Shown: positions 32,089 through 42,829, counted from the first letter of the stretch. The stretch is 64,000 nucleotides of DNA from Candidatus Marinacidobacterales bacterium (GCA_965219415.1 OZ244742.1:1152001-1216000), one strand, 5' to 3'. Notes: generated by a model from the sequence alone, not told the origin. Numbers and translations are program-made.

Positions 32089-32858
32089 TCTCGAGGCGCC
32101 GTCTCTCCCTCGATTCCCGCGAGCCAAGGAGAGATCTGCTCCAGCAAATCGAAGTCGTGGTTGATGAGACAAACGTGCCCATAACCGCGAAGCACCTTGA
32201 CGGTCGCTCTCGGCATACGGGCCGCCATGAAGTGAGCTTCTTCCACGGACGGGACCAGATGATCTTGATCGCTGGCGAGAAACAGTGTGGGCACCTGGAA
32301 CTCCCCGAGCCGCTCCCGAATGTCGTAGGTCCGAAGGATCTCCAGCCGGCGGATGTAACCTCTCCGACCGACGGCGCGGGTGCGTTCGAAAAATTCCGCC
32401 AAATCCTCGGGCGAGGTATGAGCCGAGTGAAGCCGTGAGCGAGTGAACCGTCGGACGAGATTCATCGTTCCCCAAGGTACGACTCGCAAGAGATGGGGGG
32501 CCAGGCGCATCCGCCACCGCTTCCGAATGGCTGGAAACGAGTTCAGGATAACGAGCCCGTGCAGCTTCTCCGGATGAGCGAGCCCGAAGCTCAGACTAAG
32601 TGCCCCACCGAAGGACTCCCCGAAAAGCAAGACCTTCTCGTTACCGCCTACTCGCCCTGCGAGCTCGTACAAGCGTTGGACTAGGGAATCCATCGTGCGC
32701 TTGGAGTCGTCCGGCAAAGGAAATGTGACGACGCGGAACCGTTTCGCCAACAGTGGGATTTGCCGATAGAACAAGAGCGCCGTGCCATCGAGGCCCGGGA
32801 TCAAGATCAGAGGCGGCCCCTCGCCCTCCTCGCGATAACCCTCTAGATTCGCTGGCAC
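32085..32858 (-). CDS. Alpha/beta hydrolase
   Basis: PGLDG oxyanion loop, GESFGG nucleophile elbow, GYGH. Confidence 0.9.
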   Translation of the reverse strand: MPANLEGYREEGEGPPLILIPGLDGTALLFYRQIPLLAKRFRVVTFPLPDDSKRTMDSLVQRLYELAGRVGGNEKVLLFGESFGGALSLSFGLAHPEKLHGLVILNSFPAIRKRWRMRLAPHLLRVVPWGTMNLVRRFTRSRLHSAHTSPEDLAEFFERTRAVGRRGYIRRLEILRTYDIRERLGEFQVPTLFLASDQDHLVPSVEEAHFMAARMPRATVKVLRGYGHVCLINHDFDLLEQISPWLAGIEGETAPRD

Positions 32859-32955
32859 GTTCCAGTCTTCAACAATGCGTCCACCGCATTGTCACACGTT
32901 GCCGACAGGTCGCCCACAGGGTAACCCACACGTTTTGAACAGGTTTTTCCACAGC

Positions 32956-33252
32956 CTACATTCCCCCCCTTCCAGCCGTCTTGAAGCGACCGACTTTCCT
33001 ATAAACGTCCTTGCGGTGCCGGATTCTGATGACGAGGATGACGACGTTGTCGTTCTCGAGGCAGAAGATAATTCGGTAGCTGCCGACTCGCGCTCGGAAG
33101 GTCTCGTCGTCAATCTTTTCAGTGTCTGGCTGAAGCGGATCCCTAGCCAAGGAGAAGAGCTTCTTGTCGACGCGCTCTCGTATGTCCTGGGGTAGCTTTT
33201 CGAAATCACGCTCAGCATGCCTTGTGAAGTCGATCTCGTGAAAATCTGGCAA
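32956..33252 (-). CDS. RelE/ParE family toxin
   Basis: FRARVGSYRIIF, IRIRHRKDVY. Confidence 0.9.
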   Translation of the reverse strand: MPDFHEIDFTRHAERDFEKLPQDIRERVDKKLFSLARDPLQPDTEKIDDETFRARVGSYRIIFCLENDNVVILVIRIRHRKDVYRKVGRFKTAGRGGM

Positions 33253-33253
33253 G

Positions 33254-33508
33254 TCACTTCTTCAGGCCGAACTTCTGACGGATCTGGCTATAAGGAATCC
33301 GCTCATCGGATTCGGCAAGAGCCTCCCGGGCAGCAATGAGATCAGACTCGTTCTCCAAGGCCTCCAGGACACGTAGATCCTCCATGGACACGATAGCGAA
33401 CACCTCCTTCTTATAGCTGGACACAGTGAATCGCTCACCGGCGTATGCGACCCGCTTGCCCACTTCAGAGATGTTATCCCTGACCTCAGAAATCTTTAGT
33501 TTGTTCAC
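33254..33508 (-). CDS. Phd/YefM family antitoxin
   Basis: ISEVRDNISEV..RV...GE, AIVSMEDL; directly upstream of the toxin. Confidence 0.88.
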   Translation of the reverse strand: MNKLKISEVRDNISEVGKRVAYAGERFTVSSYKKEVFAIVSMEDLRVLEALENESDLIAAREALAESDERIPYSQIRQKFGLKK

Positions 33509-33526
33509 GATGACCTCCTCTCATGC

Positions 33527-33570
33527 TGTACAATATGTACAATTTATACAATTAACACATTTTGTACAAT
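33527..33570. promoter_or_regulatory. TA operator: TGTACAAT repeats with 9-bp period
   Basis: TGTACAAT at 33527, 33536 and 33563, TATACAAT at 33545, in the AT-rich region upstream of the antitoxin. Confidence 0.7.
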
Positions 33571-33633
33571 TAGTATAAGTTAGTAACCATCCGAAGTCAA
33601 GGGCTTGGCGGCTTTGGATTAAATTCTTTAGAA

Positions 33634-34051
33634 TTAAGTGGATGGAAGCCGGCGTTTAATATCATCACCCGGGAGCCAGTTCTGTTCGACGAGCCGGGGC
33701 CCCTGATTCGTGAAACAAAGGACGCTCACCGACGCATTCTCGGCGGAAAGCCTCCGGTAGTCGGCGATGGGCATGGAGAGATAGTGGGTCAGGGAGACGT
33801 GGAGCGGGTCGCCATGGGATACGACCGTCTCCCCTTCGTTCTCCACGCGAAGTCGCAATGGGAGTCGCGGTCTCGAGCGCCCGTTGCTGGGGGCTCGAGA
33901 CCACCCTCGCGATGGGAAGCTGGCCCAGGATCTCGGCAAGGGTGGCAACCTGCTCGCGACCGCGGGCATTCAATCCGACGTCGATGCGGCCGAGTAGTCT
34001 CCCCTCCTCGTTCCAATCGGTGAGGCCGTGGCGCACCAAGAGAAGATTCAA
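33634..34051 (-). pseudogene. Histidine phosphatase family, internal deletion
   Basis: LVRHG, SSPQQRALETA, then a jump to VVSHG in another frame; the central part is missing. Confidence 0.85.
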
Positions 34052-34896
34052 CGGGAAGGGCCCTGCGGGGTGGCGGGCTCGTAGTGAATGGTAATCTCGG
34101 CGCGACCGTAACGTTCCACGATCATTTCTTCGAGCCGCTCGGTGAGGTCATGCGCTTCGCGGAGATCGTTCTCGGTGACGAACAGCGTCAGCTCCACGAA
34201 TTTCCGACCCCCGTGTAAGTGGCTTCGGATATCCTCCACACCGACGACACGCGGCAGTCCGATGGCCATTTTGCGAATGGCTTCCGCATCCACCGCGGCC
34301 GCATCGAGCAAGGTGGGAACCGTTTTCTGCAGTATCTGGAAACCACTCCAGGCGATAAAGGCGGAGATGAAGAGGGCCAAGATCGCGTCCCAATGAAGGT
34401 AACCCTTCATGACGAAAGGAAGCCCCGCTAGCACGGCTGTCGTCACCAACACATCGCTTTGAGTATGAACCGCATCGGCATACAAGAACTCGCTCGAATA
34501 GCGACGCGCCGCCCGTTTCTCGTAGATCACTACGAACACGTTGACGATCAGCGTCACGATCATGACCGCGAAGGTCACGCCGGTGATCTCGAACGTGGGA
34601 GGCGCGTCCGCAAACAAGCGACCGAGTGCTTGCTTGCCGACTTCATAGCAGGTAATGAACATGAACCCGGCGATGCTGAACGCGCCGAGGGTCTCGATCT
34701 TCCCGTGGCCGTAGGGATGGCCTTCATCGGGTTCTTTGGCGGCAAGACGTAAGAGAACCAGCCCCACGACATTGTTGATGGCATCGATGGACGAGTGCAG
34801 GCCATCGGAGATGACCGCCAGGGAGTGAGCCATGATCCCGGCGGTGAGGCAGAGGACACGCCGGGTACCGGCTCGCCGAAGGCCATCCTCGATAGG
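34048..34896 (-). pseudogene. Cation diffusion facilitator, 5' end interrupted by IS3
   Basis: SLAVISDGLHSSID, HPYGHGKIE, ADAVHTQSD, IHYEP. Start codons (ATG TCC CCT A) now lie at 35892-35901 beyond the IS. Confidence 0.85.
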
Positions 34897-35340
34897 TGAA
34901 GTGACCCCGCTTTCGTGGACAGGTTAAGAGTTAGGGATCAAGCGTCGCGATAGTACCTCCTTTCGAATTGGATAGGCGAGCAATAGTCGATGGCGGAGTG
35001 TCGTCGTCGCGGGTTGTACCAGCCTTCGATGAAATCGAAGGTCGCCATGCGCGCCTCAGCGTGGTAGCAAAACGACCGGCGCTCGATCAGCTCGCACTCG
35101 AGCGTCGCGAAGAAGCTCTCGCACATCGCATTGTCGTAACAGTCCCCGACCGAACCCATCGACGGTCGCACCCCGGCCTCCCGGCATCGCTGGCCGAACG
35201 CTAGTGACGTGTACTGCGTGCCCTGGTCCGAGTGATGGATGACGTCGCCGGGCTTGCGTTGGAACAGCGCCATGTCGAGGGCGCTCAAGACGAGCGACGT
35301 CCGCAGGTGGGTAGCCATTGCCCATCCGACGATGCGTCGG
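34897..35340 (-). mobile_element. IS3 family element, 3' part
   Basis: RRIVGW, HHSDQGTQY, GDCYDNAMCESFF, YNPRRRHS; IR TGAAGTGACCCCGCTTTCGTGGACA at 34897. Confidence 0.93.
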
Positions 35341-35850
35341 GGCTCCTTCTGGTACGCGTTCACCGGCTCGGACGCCGAGCCGGCCGATGTGCGCATTCGC
35401 CTCCGCGTTTTCGTCGGGGCGGAAGAAGCGGCTCTGCTCCTCGACGACAAGTACGACACGGTGGACAAAGAAACGAAATTCAACTCCTTCACTTTTTCTC
35501 CCGGTGACACGAAGATCCTATCCACAAGCGACGGTTATACCTGCGGCCTCGAGGAAACGGGGGAGGGAAGCGACAAGGGAGCAGTCTTGGTGCTCGGATT
35601 GCCCGAGAGCACGACCGACCGCCGTGTTTTGGTGCGCCTGCTCTATCAAGTGAACGATGGATCCGGGGAGTTCCCTCGCTGGACGAATGCGGTATCCCGT
35701 TCCTTTCCAGTCCCTCTCGAGCCCGGTAAGGAGAGTTTTCTCGTGCTTCTCCAAGACAACGGCGGGTTAGAGTTTTCGGGGGTCTTCAGGAAGAAAGATG
35801 AAGAACCTGGAAAGCTTCCAACTGCGGGTCCTGAGCTCCGAGGTGCGAAG
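35341..35850 (+). pseudogene. 3' part of an exported protein, inverted relative to its 5' part
   Basis: GSFWYAF... continues the minus-strand ORF 36712-37110, which ends LDIRGG. Confidence 0.75.
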
Positions 35851-35901
35851 CGCCTCGTAGTTGATCGGGACGGAGACTCACCTCCCTCCAAATGTCCCCT
35901 A

Positions 35902-36716
35902 TGGACTTGACCCGCTTTCGTGGACACCTAATCCTTTGGGAGACAGGAGTCCACGATGTCAAAGCAGGGAAACAGATACGCGGCCGAATTCCGGCGCCAA
36001 ATGGTAGAGCTGGTGCGAGCTGGCCGCGGCTCCGAAGAGCTGGCGCGAGAGTTTGAGCCCTCGGGCCAGACGATCCGGAACTGGGTGAACCAGGCGGATC
36101 TCGACGAGGGTCGCAGGCAGGACGGTCTGACGAGTGAGGAGCGTGCGGAGCTCCGCCGCCTGCGACGGGAGAACCGTCAACTACGGTTGGAGCGGGAGAT
36201 CCTCTCAAAAGCCGCGGCCTGGTTCGCTCGGGAGACCGAGTCGGTACCACCGAAACCTTCCGATTCGTGAGGGCGAACCAGGATTCACTACCGGTTGCCA
36301 CGATGTGCCGACTGCTGGACGTCTCCGCCAGCGGCTACTATGCGTGGCTTGAGCGTGCCCCGTCGGCCCGCGCGGTGTCGGATGCGGAGTTGCTTGAGAA
36401 GATCCGGGCGATTCACACCGCGTCGCGGAGCACGTACGGCGCGCCGAGGATTCTCCACGAGCTACGAGAGACACACGAGCTCCACGTCTCACGCAAGCGT
36501 GTAGCGCGGCTAATGCGCGAGGCTGGCATTCAAGGTGTTCACCGGCGCAAGAGGGCGCACACTACGATTCGCTGTGACGACGCCCGTCCCGCCCCCGATC
36601 TCGTCGACAGGAATTTCGAGGTGGACCGGCCCGACCGCCTGTGGGTCGCCGATATCACCTACGTGCCCACGTGGTCGGGCTTCTTGTTCCTCGCCGTCGT
36701 GCTGGACGCCTTCAGC
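35902..36716 (+). mobile_element. IS3 family element, 5' part (orfA 35956-36270, orfB to VVLDAFS)
   Basis: IR TGGACTTGACCCGCTTTCGTGGACA; orfA HTH LRRENRQL..EREIL; orfB YGAPRI, WVADITY. Confidence 0.93.
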
Positions 36717-37110
36717 CCCCTCGAATGTCCAGCGCGATCACCGAGCGGCCGGCGGGCCGCGGTGCCCGTTTGACTGGCTTCGGCGCCGGCGGTTTGGCGG
36801 TAGGCGTTGCCTTTTTCTCCGGCGGTTTCTCGGCAGCCGGCTCGGCTCCCTGGTAGTCGATTTGCTTGATGTCGGTCTTCGGAATGACCAAGTTCCCGTA
36901 GCTGGTCTTCAGAGTAATCGCACGCTCGCTCGCCCCGATCACGGACCCGTGAAGGACGTCACCATTGTGGAGGTAGATCACCTCGGCGATCCTCGCCAGG
37001 GGTAGGAGGAGTACGGTCGCAAACGCGAGCATCGCCACGAGCCTACGCCGATGCCCTGAAAAGCCTGACAAGCTTGAAAGGAAAGATACGAACGATTTGT
37101 CTTGCGCCAA
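36717..37110 (-). pseudogene. 5' part of an exported protein
   Basis: Signal peptide, IYLHNGDVLHG, Pro/Lys linker; cut at the inversion junction. Confidence 0.75.
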
Positions 37111-37232
37111 GTTCCTTCTCCTGAGCGACTTGTAGTCGCGCCGTCCGCCTATTATATCTCGAACCGCCCGACAAGCTCATCGGGCTGTGCAGCCCTGACG
37201 TGGTAGAATGCCGGCCCGCCGGGTAGCTTAAA

Positions 37233-37919
37233 ATGAAATCTCAAGACGCTACTGCTCTGCTCGTAAGCTTTGCCTACCTTTTGGGCCTGCTCGTGGCCGC
37301 GGTGTTGGCGCACCGATTCCTCAGCGTCAAGAGCCTCTACACCCGGAAGCTCGTGATCGTCGGCACCGGCATGTGGTCGATCCTAGCGGTGAGACTCTTC
37401 TCGTCCTGGGAATGGGCCATCGCGCCGCCCCTAACACTCACTCTTCTTTACTACCTCTCCTACCGCTACGACCTTTTTGAGGCGATCGAGGACCACGAGC
37501 GCGTCAACATGGGATTGGTGCTCTTCCCTGCCGCCATCGCTCTATTACTGGGCTTGTTTTGGCGACCGGGCACGCCGCAGGACGCCGGCTTCCTCGCGGT
37601 GGCAGCGTTGATGGCGGGGACTTGGGGTGACACCGTAGCCGCTTTGATCGGGCGCCGATACGGAACCCGCCGTTATCGTATGTTGGGCCATCGTCGAACG
37701 ATGGAAGGAACGCTGGCGTTGTTCTTAGTATCCGGCGTCGCCATGGCCCCGGTTCTGGCGATCATGGGGGCAATGGACTGGCACCAATCGGTGGCGTTCG
37801 CCCTGATAGCGTCGACCGTCGTGGCTTTGGTCGAGATCGTCTCCTTTTATGGGAGCGACAACCTCACGATTCCCCTCGCCGCGGCCGTCACTCTATCTCT
37901 ACTGACCCGGCTCAGTTGA
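37233..37919 (+). CDS. Phytol/dolichol-kinase-like (CTP_transf) membrane protein
   Basis: TRKLV, WGDTVAALIG, RTMEG, E......DNL.IP, multiple TMs. Confidence 0.8.
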   Translation: MKSQDATALLVSFAYLLGLLVAAVLAHRFLSVKSLYTRKLVIVGTGMWSILAVRLFSSWEWAIAPPLTLTLLYYLSYRYDLFEAIEDHERVNMGLVLFPAAIALLLGLFWRPGTPQDAGFLAVAALMAGTWGDTVAALIGRRYGTRRYRMLGHRRTMEGTLALFLVSGVAMAPVLAIMGAMDWHQSVAFALIASTVVALVEIVSFYGSDNLTIPLAAAVTLSLLTRLS

Positions 37920-37936
37920 GTCCAGGGCAACCGAAT

Positions 37937-38152
37937 TCAGTAGCGTTCGACGGGGACGCTCTCCGATGCTTCGGCCGCTTCGGCGGCCAGGATGACGGTG
38001 CTGCTGATAGGAAGGTAGGCTTGGTACATCTTGTCCTTCACTTCCAGGGTAACGTCGTAGTATCCCTGCTCCTTGACGTTTAAAAGCCTTCCCTTAGCGC
38101 CCTTCACACCCAAGGCGTCGTTGTAGACCCGGATTGCATCGCCAGCATCCAT
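37937..38152 (-). CDS. Small hypothetical protein
   Basis: AAAGGAG RBS; TTGACG-N18-TACAAT promoter at 38215-38186. Confidence 0.75.
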   Translation of the reverse strand: MDAGDAIRVYNDALGVKGAKGRLLNVKEQGYYDVTLEVKDKMYQAYLPISSTVILAAEAAEASESVPVERY

Positions 38153-38211
38153 CGAACACTCCTTTGATTAGAGGTGAGTTACTTCATTGTAAGGTAGGGC
38201 ACCGGAACCCG

Positions 38212-40750
38212 TCAACCGCTTGAGGAAGAAGAGATTAGGCAGGAGTAGACAGGCCCCGGCTCGCGTGCGAGGCTGCTTGAGCGTCGGTATCGTTCCATTA
38301 CTTCTTTCCCGTAGTCGCACTCGGCGAGATACCTGTTGTGCGCGGGACACATCATCTGGATGTTCTCCGGGCTGTGGTCACCGCCACGAGCAAAGGAGTT
38401 CGGCCGTCATTGAGGGTGGTTGCCAATCTAAAGCTAGCCAGACGGCGATGGAATTGGAGTGCCTGCCGCTCGTTACAGCGTCTACCTTGTGCGTCCACGA
38501 AGGTGCAACGGTCCCCATCGCGCTCGCTGACCGCACGCCTCACTGCGGCCGGGATATAACGTGACGACGGCGGTGTGTCGGACTCCTCGACGCTCTTTCT
38601 GGGGCTTTGGTCTTGCCAAAGCGCTTCGCCTCGAGTCGCTCGAGCTTCTCGGTCACGGCCTCTTCTATGATTGCCGCCAGGTCGCCATCGGGAACCGAGC
38701 CTCGCATGAGCCCGCGCAGACGTTCGATCTTGTCCTTCAGCTCTGAGCTCGCCGTGAACTGGACTTTGTAGCGGGCAGGCGCCAGAGGCATCATCGGCCT
38801 CGGCTCAGCGGGCCTCGGCGACACAACTGCGTCTGAACACAGTTAGGCTGCCGGTACCTTTGGGCTCGCGGGAAGCTTGCGTATTGCGGGCGCAACATCG
38901 GGCTTCGGCGCGATCTCCGCCACCAGCTCTTCGATCCTTGCCTTGGACTTATGCTCAGCACGCGGCAGAACAGTATCCCGGTTCGCCTCGGTAAGGTATG
39001 GCGAAACCTTGAAAGTGTGCCAATCTTAGTTGGGAATTGAAACGGCTCCAAACCCCGTGGTTTGATGGCGTTGGACAAAACAAAATCAAGCCGCGAAGAA
39101 AGGAGCCGAGATGGGAAGTCTGCTACGTTCGGTCAAGAAACGCAAGAAGTCGCGTCGTTTGGGTGAGGTCGAGATGGTGAGGCACGAGGATTACGGGGAA
39201 CTCGCGCTGGACGCCAAGGTAGAGATGATCCGTTGGTTGGTCCCCCTTGGTCTAATGCACGTTCACGAGTTGCTCGACGACGAAGTGAAGGCGTTGGCGG
39301 GAGAGCGATACTCTCGCAAGGACGAGCTGGAGCGCGGTCGCCGTCCCGGAAGCAACCCGGGCACGGTAGGGCTTGGCGGCCAGCGGGTACCGATCCGTGT
39401 GCCACGGGTTCGGAGCATCGAGGGAGGAGAGATTCCGCTTCGCTGCTACGAGGCGGTGAGCCACGGCGGTGAGGTGAATGATCTTCTGCTGAAACGAGTT
39501 CTCTACGGAATCTCTTGTCGCAACTACGAGGCGGCAGCGGAAGCGATTCCGGGCGCCATCGGGCTGTCGAGCTCAACGGTGTCCCGAGGGTTCGTGCAAG
39601 CGAGCGCTGCGAAGCTGCGGGAGATGCAGGAACGGGATCTGACCGGCGAGGATGTGGTGGCGCTGTTTCTGGATGGGAAGACATTCGCCGAGGCAACGAT
39701 GGTCGTGGCTCTGGGCATCACGCTTTGCGGGGAAAAACGCTTCTTGGGCTTCGTGGAGACGGACACGGAGAACGCGCAGGTGTTGACGCCGTTCCTGCGT
39801 TCACTGCTCGAGCGGGGACTCGATATCTCCCAGGGTCTGCTGGTGATCATCGACGGCGGCAAGGGTCTCCAAGCGGCAGTCAAGAAGGCATTCCGTAAGC
39901 GGGCCCTGATACAACGCTGCCAGTGGCACAAACGTGAAAACGTAGTGAGCTACCTGTCCAAGGGCGAGCAGGCGTCATGGCGCAAGCGGCTCCAGTGGGC
40001 CTACAACAGGCCGGAGTACGAAGAGGCCCTCACTGCGCTCGAGCAACTCCACGGTGAGTTAGAAGAGCGGAACCAATCCGCAGCTGGCAGCCTGGAGGAA
40101 GGCCTCGAGGAGACGCTGACGTTGCATCGACTCGGCGTGCACGCGGTGCTGGGCCGTTCGTTCAAGACGACGAACTGCCTTGAGTCCGTCAATGCTCTCG
40201 TCGAGGAACGCTGCGCGAAGGTCGACCACTGGAAGAACTCGAGCCAACGCCAGCGCTGGTTGGCAACGGCGCTCGTAGACATCGAACCGCGCTTGAGGAA
40301 GGTGGTGGGCTACCGCCATCTTCCCAAGCTTCGCGAAGCTCTCAAGCGGGAACTGAAGATCGAGGCGAAGACATCAACCGTATCGAAGAAGAAGGTCGCT
40401 TAAACGTGAGCCGTGGAGAGTTTCAACTAAGAATGGGCTTGACTCGAAACCTTGGCGGCGCCGGTCAGATGAATTCGACCATCCTCCAGCATCCTCAGGG
40501 GCCCCGGGTGTTTTCGCGATGCCCGGGCGACTCGGATTCGGAGATAAGCCTCGGCCTCCGACATATGTAACGCCTCGGTGCAATACGTAAACATCGAGGG
40601 GCAAGCTTCACGCGCGTAGAGGCGCCGCTCGTCCACTTCGGCAATGTGTGCGACGAGCTCTGACTCGACGCGTCGTGATTGCTGCACTAGCCCAGACAAG
40701 CGGTGGAGTAGCTCATCGTCCGAAATCGATTTCAATAAGTTCTTAAACAT
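38212..40750 (-). pseudogene. DUF222/HNH endonuclease-like gene interrupted by IS256, with further lesions
   Basis: ISDDELL..L..LV..SRRVE..LVAHIAEVDERRLY, PLAPARYKVQFTAS, VRRAV.ERDG.RC...GRRC, ENIQMMCPAHN. Confidence 0.85.
39011..40445 (+). mobile_element. IS256 type A full copy, intact transposase (39111-40403)
   Basis: 8-bp TSD GAAACCTT (39003-39010, 40446-40453); FLDG, IIDGGKGL, QRCQWHK, TTNCLES. Confidence 0.96.
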
Positions 40751-40967
40751 GTGTCGTCCCCCTCGACACTAATATAACAACGCACTTTTTTTGACCTTGA
40801 GACGACGTGAGTCGGGAGGAACGTGCTTCGACGAAATTTTTGTCTTGAAGTTACTAGGCGTTGACTAGAGCGTCAACGCACGCCTTAGAGATGGCACTGC
40901 GGAGACAACAAGGAGATCGAAAAAGCTTGTTGCGGAATCTTGTCAAGAGAAAGATTCAATTTTTTTT

Positions 40968-41318
40968 CAGCATGATGTTGCCCGGCTTCAAGTCTCGATG
41001 CACGACGCCTTGGCGATGGGGCCTTGTCTAAAGCGTCAGCGATTTCAATCCCGTGCCGTAAAGCTTGATGCCGTTCTCGCTGCCGATGTCGTAAAGCGTG
41101 CAGATGTGTGGATGGTTCAGGCTGGATACGGCGCGGGCTTCACGCTCGAACCTCTGGCGGACTTCGGTATGGCTGGCTACGTTGGACGGAAGGACTTTGA
41201 TGGCAACGGTACGATCGAGCCGGGTGTCTTTGGCCTTGTAAACCTCACCCATGCCGCCTGCACCGAGAGGTGCCAGGATTTCATAGGGACCCAGCTTGGC
41301 GCCGGGATTGAGTGACAT
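40968..41318 (-). pseudogene. Ser/Thr protein kinase N-terminal remnant
   Basis: [24 protein letters not shown], internal deletion, then HRDLKPGNIML, after which it is truncated. Confidence 0.88.
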
Positions 41319-41324
41319 CGGAAC

Positions 41325-41359
41325 CCCTCACCCTACCCTCTCCCCAAACGGGGAGAGGG
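41325..41359 (+). repeat. REP-like palindrome, second copy
   Basis: CCCTCACCCTACCCTCTCCCC-AAAC-GGGGAGAGGG. Confidence 0.8.
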
Positions 41360-41438
41360 AATAAAGGACGGAAGCCATCATCGTTACCCTGAAAATAGCC
41401 CTGCACAGGCTGAAAAGTCAACGAGTAGATGTGTAACA

Positions 41439-41460
41439 CAACTGCGTCTGGACGCAGTTG
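41439..41460. repeat. Palindrome CAACTGCGTC-TG-GACGCAGTTG
   Basis: Perfect 10-bp arms; 41436-41459 matches 38821-38844 at 22/24 nt. Confidence 0.7.
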
Positions 41461-41485
41461 GGCGGGAACGGAGTCAGGAAAATGC

Positions 41486-42829
41486 TCAGTTCTCTCGCTT
41501 CGAGAGACACTTCCGGATGATATCCAGCCCGGCATCAATCTCCTCTCGGCTGACCGTGAGCGAGGGCCGAAATCGCAGCGACCGCACCCCGCAACCGAGA
41601 ATCAGCAACCGGTTCTCATAGGCATCATCCCGAAGCCGATCGCGGGTGGCCCGATCCGGGAGGTCGAAGGCGCACATCAAACCCCGGCCTCGCACGTTGG
41701 TGACCAGTTCTGGGAACTCCGCGCGGAGCTCCTCGAGTGCCGCCAGTAGGTAAGAACCGGCCGTCGCCGCATTCTCGACCAGCCGCTCCTCGTCGATGAT
41801 CTCGAGGTACCGTTGGAACCGAACCATGTCGGTTAAGTTCCCACCAAAAGTAGAATTGATTCGAGCCGACTCCGCGAAGACGTTCTTCTCGACCTCGTCG
41901 AGACGACGGCTGGCGAGTAAACCACAGACCTGAGCTTTCTTCCCGAAACACAGCACGTCGGGTTGAACTCCGAAATGTTGGTAGGCCCACATCTTTCCTG
42001 TGAGGCCCACGCCGGTCTGGACCTCGTCGAGGATAAAGAGGAACTCGTTCTCATCGGCCAGGTCGCGAATCTGCTGGAAGAACTCCTTGCGAAAGTGGTT
42101 GTCGCCCCCCTCTCCCTGGATGGGTTCGAGGATGAGCCCGGCGATGTCGTCCTTGTTGTCGTGAAGCGCTTGCTTGATCTGCTCAACCGCTCGACGCTCC
42201 AGCTCCACCACCGACCTCTCGGACTCCTCGTCCAACGGAAAGTGGATCTTGGGGTTGACGATTCGAGGCCAGGGAAACTTGGGGAAGTATTGAATCTTTC
42301 TCGGATCGGCGGTGTTGGTCATGGAAATCGAATAACCGGTTCGCCCGTGGAAAGCCTCCTCGAAGTGAATCATTTGCTGCCCACGTTCGCCTGAGACACC
42401 GCGCTCGATGTTCTTCCGAACTTTCCAGTCGAAGGCCGCCTTCAGCCCGTTTTCTACCGCTACAGTTCCCCCCGCGACCAAAAACAGGTGCGGCAGGTCT
42501 TCGGGGATGGCGATCCGCGAAAAGGTCTCGACGAACTCGGCCATCTCGACGGTATACACGTCGGAGTTGGTTGGATTATGGATAGCCACTCCGGCCATTT
42601 TGGTGCGAAACGAATCCTCTCGAACGCGAGGATGATTGAGCCCGACCGGGTTGCTGGCAAAGAACGAAAAGAAATCCAAGAACTTCGTTCCAGACCGACT
42701 GTCGAAAAGATACGCTCCTTGACTGCGCTCGAGGTCGAGCACCAAGTCGTATCCATCCGCCAGTAAATGCTCGCCCAGTCCCGCATGCACCTCACTGGGG
42801 CTTATCTTTTTCGACTTCGTTTTGACCAT
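41486..42829 (-). CDS. lat: L-lysine 6-transaminase
   Basis: HLLADG, FLDFFSFFAS, PTNSDVY, AVENGLKAAFDWK, EPIQGEGGDNH, DEVQTG, FGKKAQ. Confidence 0.93.
   Translation of the reverse strand: MVKTKSKKISPSEVHAGLGEHLLADGYDLVLDLERSQGAYLFDSRSGTKFLDFFSFFASNPVGLNHPRVREDSFRTKMAGVAIHNPTNSDVYTVEMAEFVETFSRIAIPEDLPHLFLVAGGTVAVENGLKAAFDWKVRKNIERGVSGERGQQMIHFEEAFHGRTGYSISMTNTADPRKIQYFPKFPWPRIVNPKIHFPLDEESERSVVELERRAVEQIKQALHDNKDDIAGLILEPIQGEGGDNHFRKEFFQQIRDLADENEFLFILDEVQTGVGLTGKMWAYQHFGVQPDVLCFGKKAQVCGLLASRRLDEVEKNVFAESARINSTFGGNLTDMVRFQRYLEIIDEERLVENAATAGSYLLAALEELRAEFPELVTNVRGRGLMCAFDLPDRATRDRLRDDAYENRLLILGCGVRSLRFRPSLTVSREEIDAGLDIIRKCLSKREN

Noticed and set aside
32890-32955. DnaA-box cluster or origin
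   Set aside because: Only one near-consensus box (TTTTCCACA) plus weak CACA words; no unwinding element or origin gene context.
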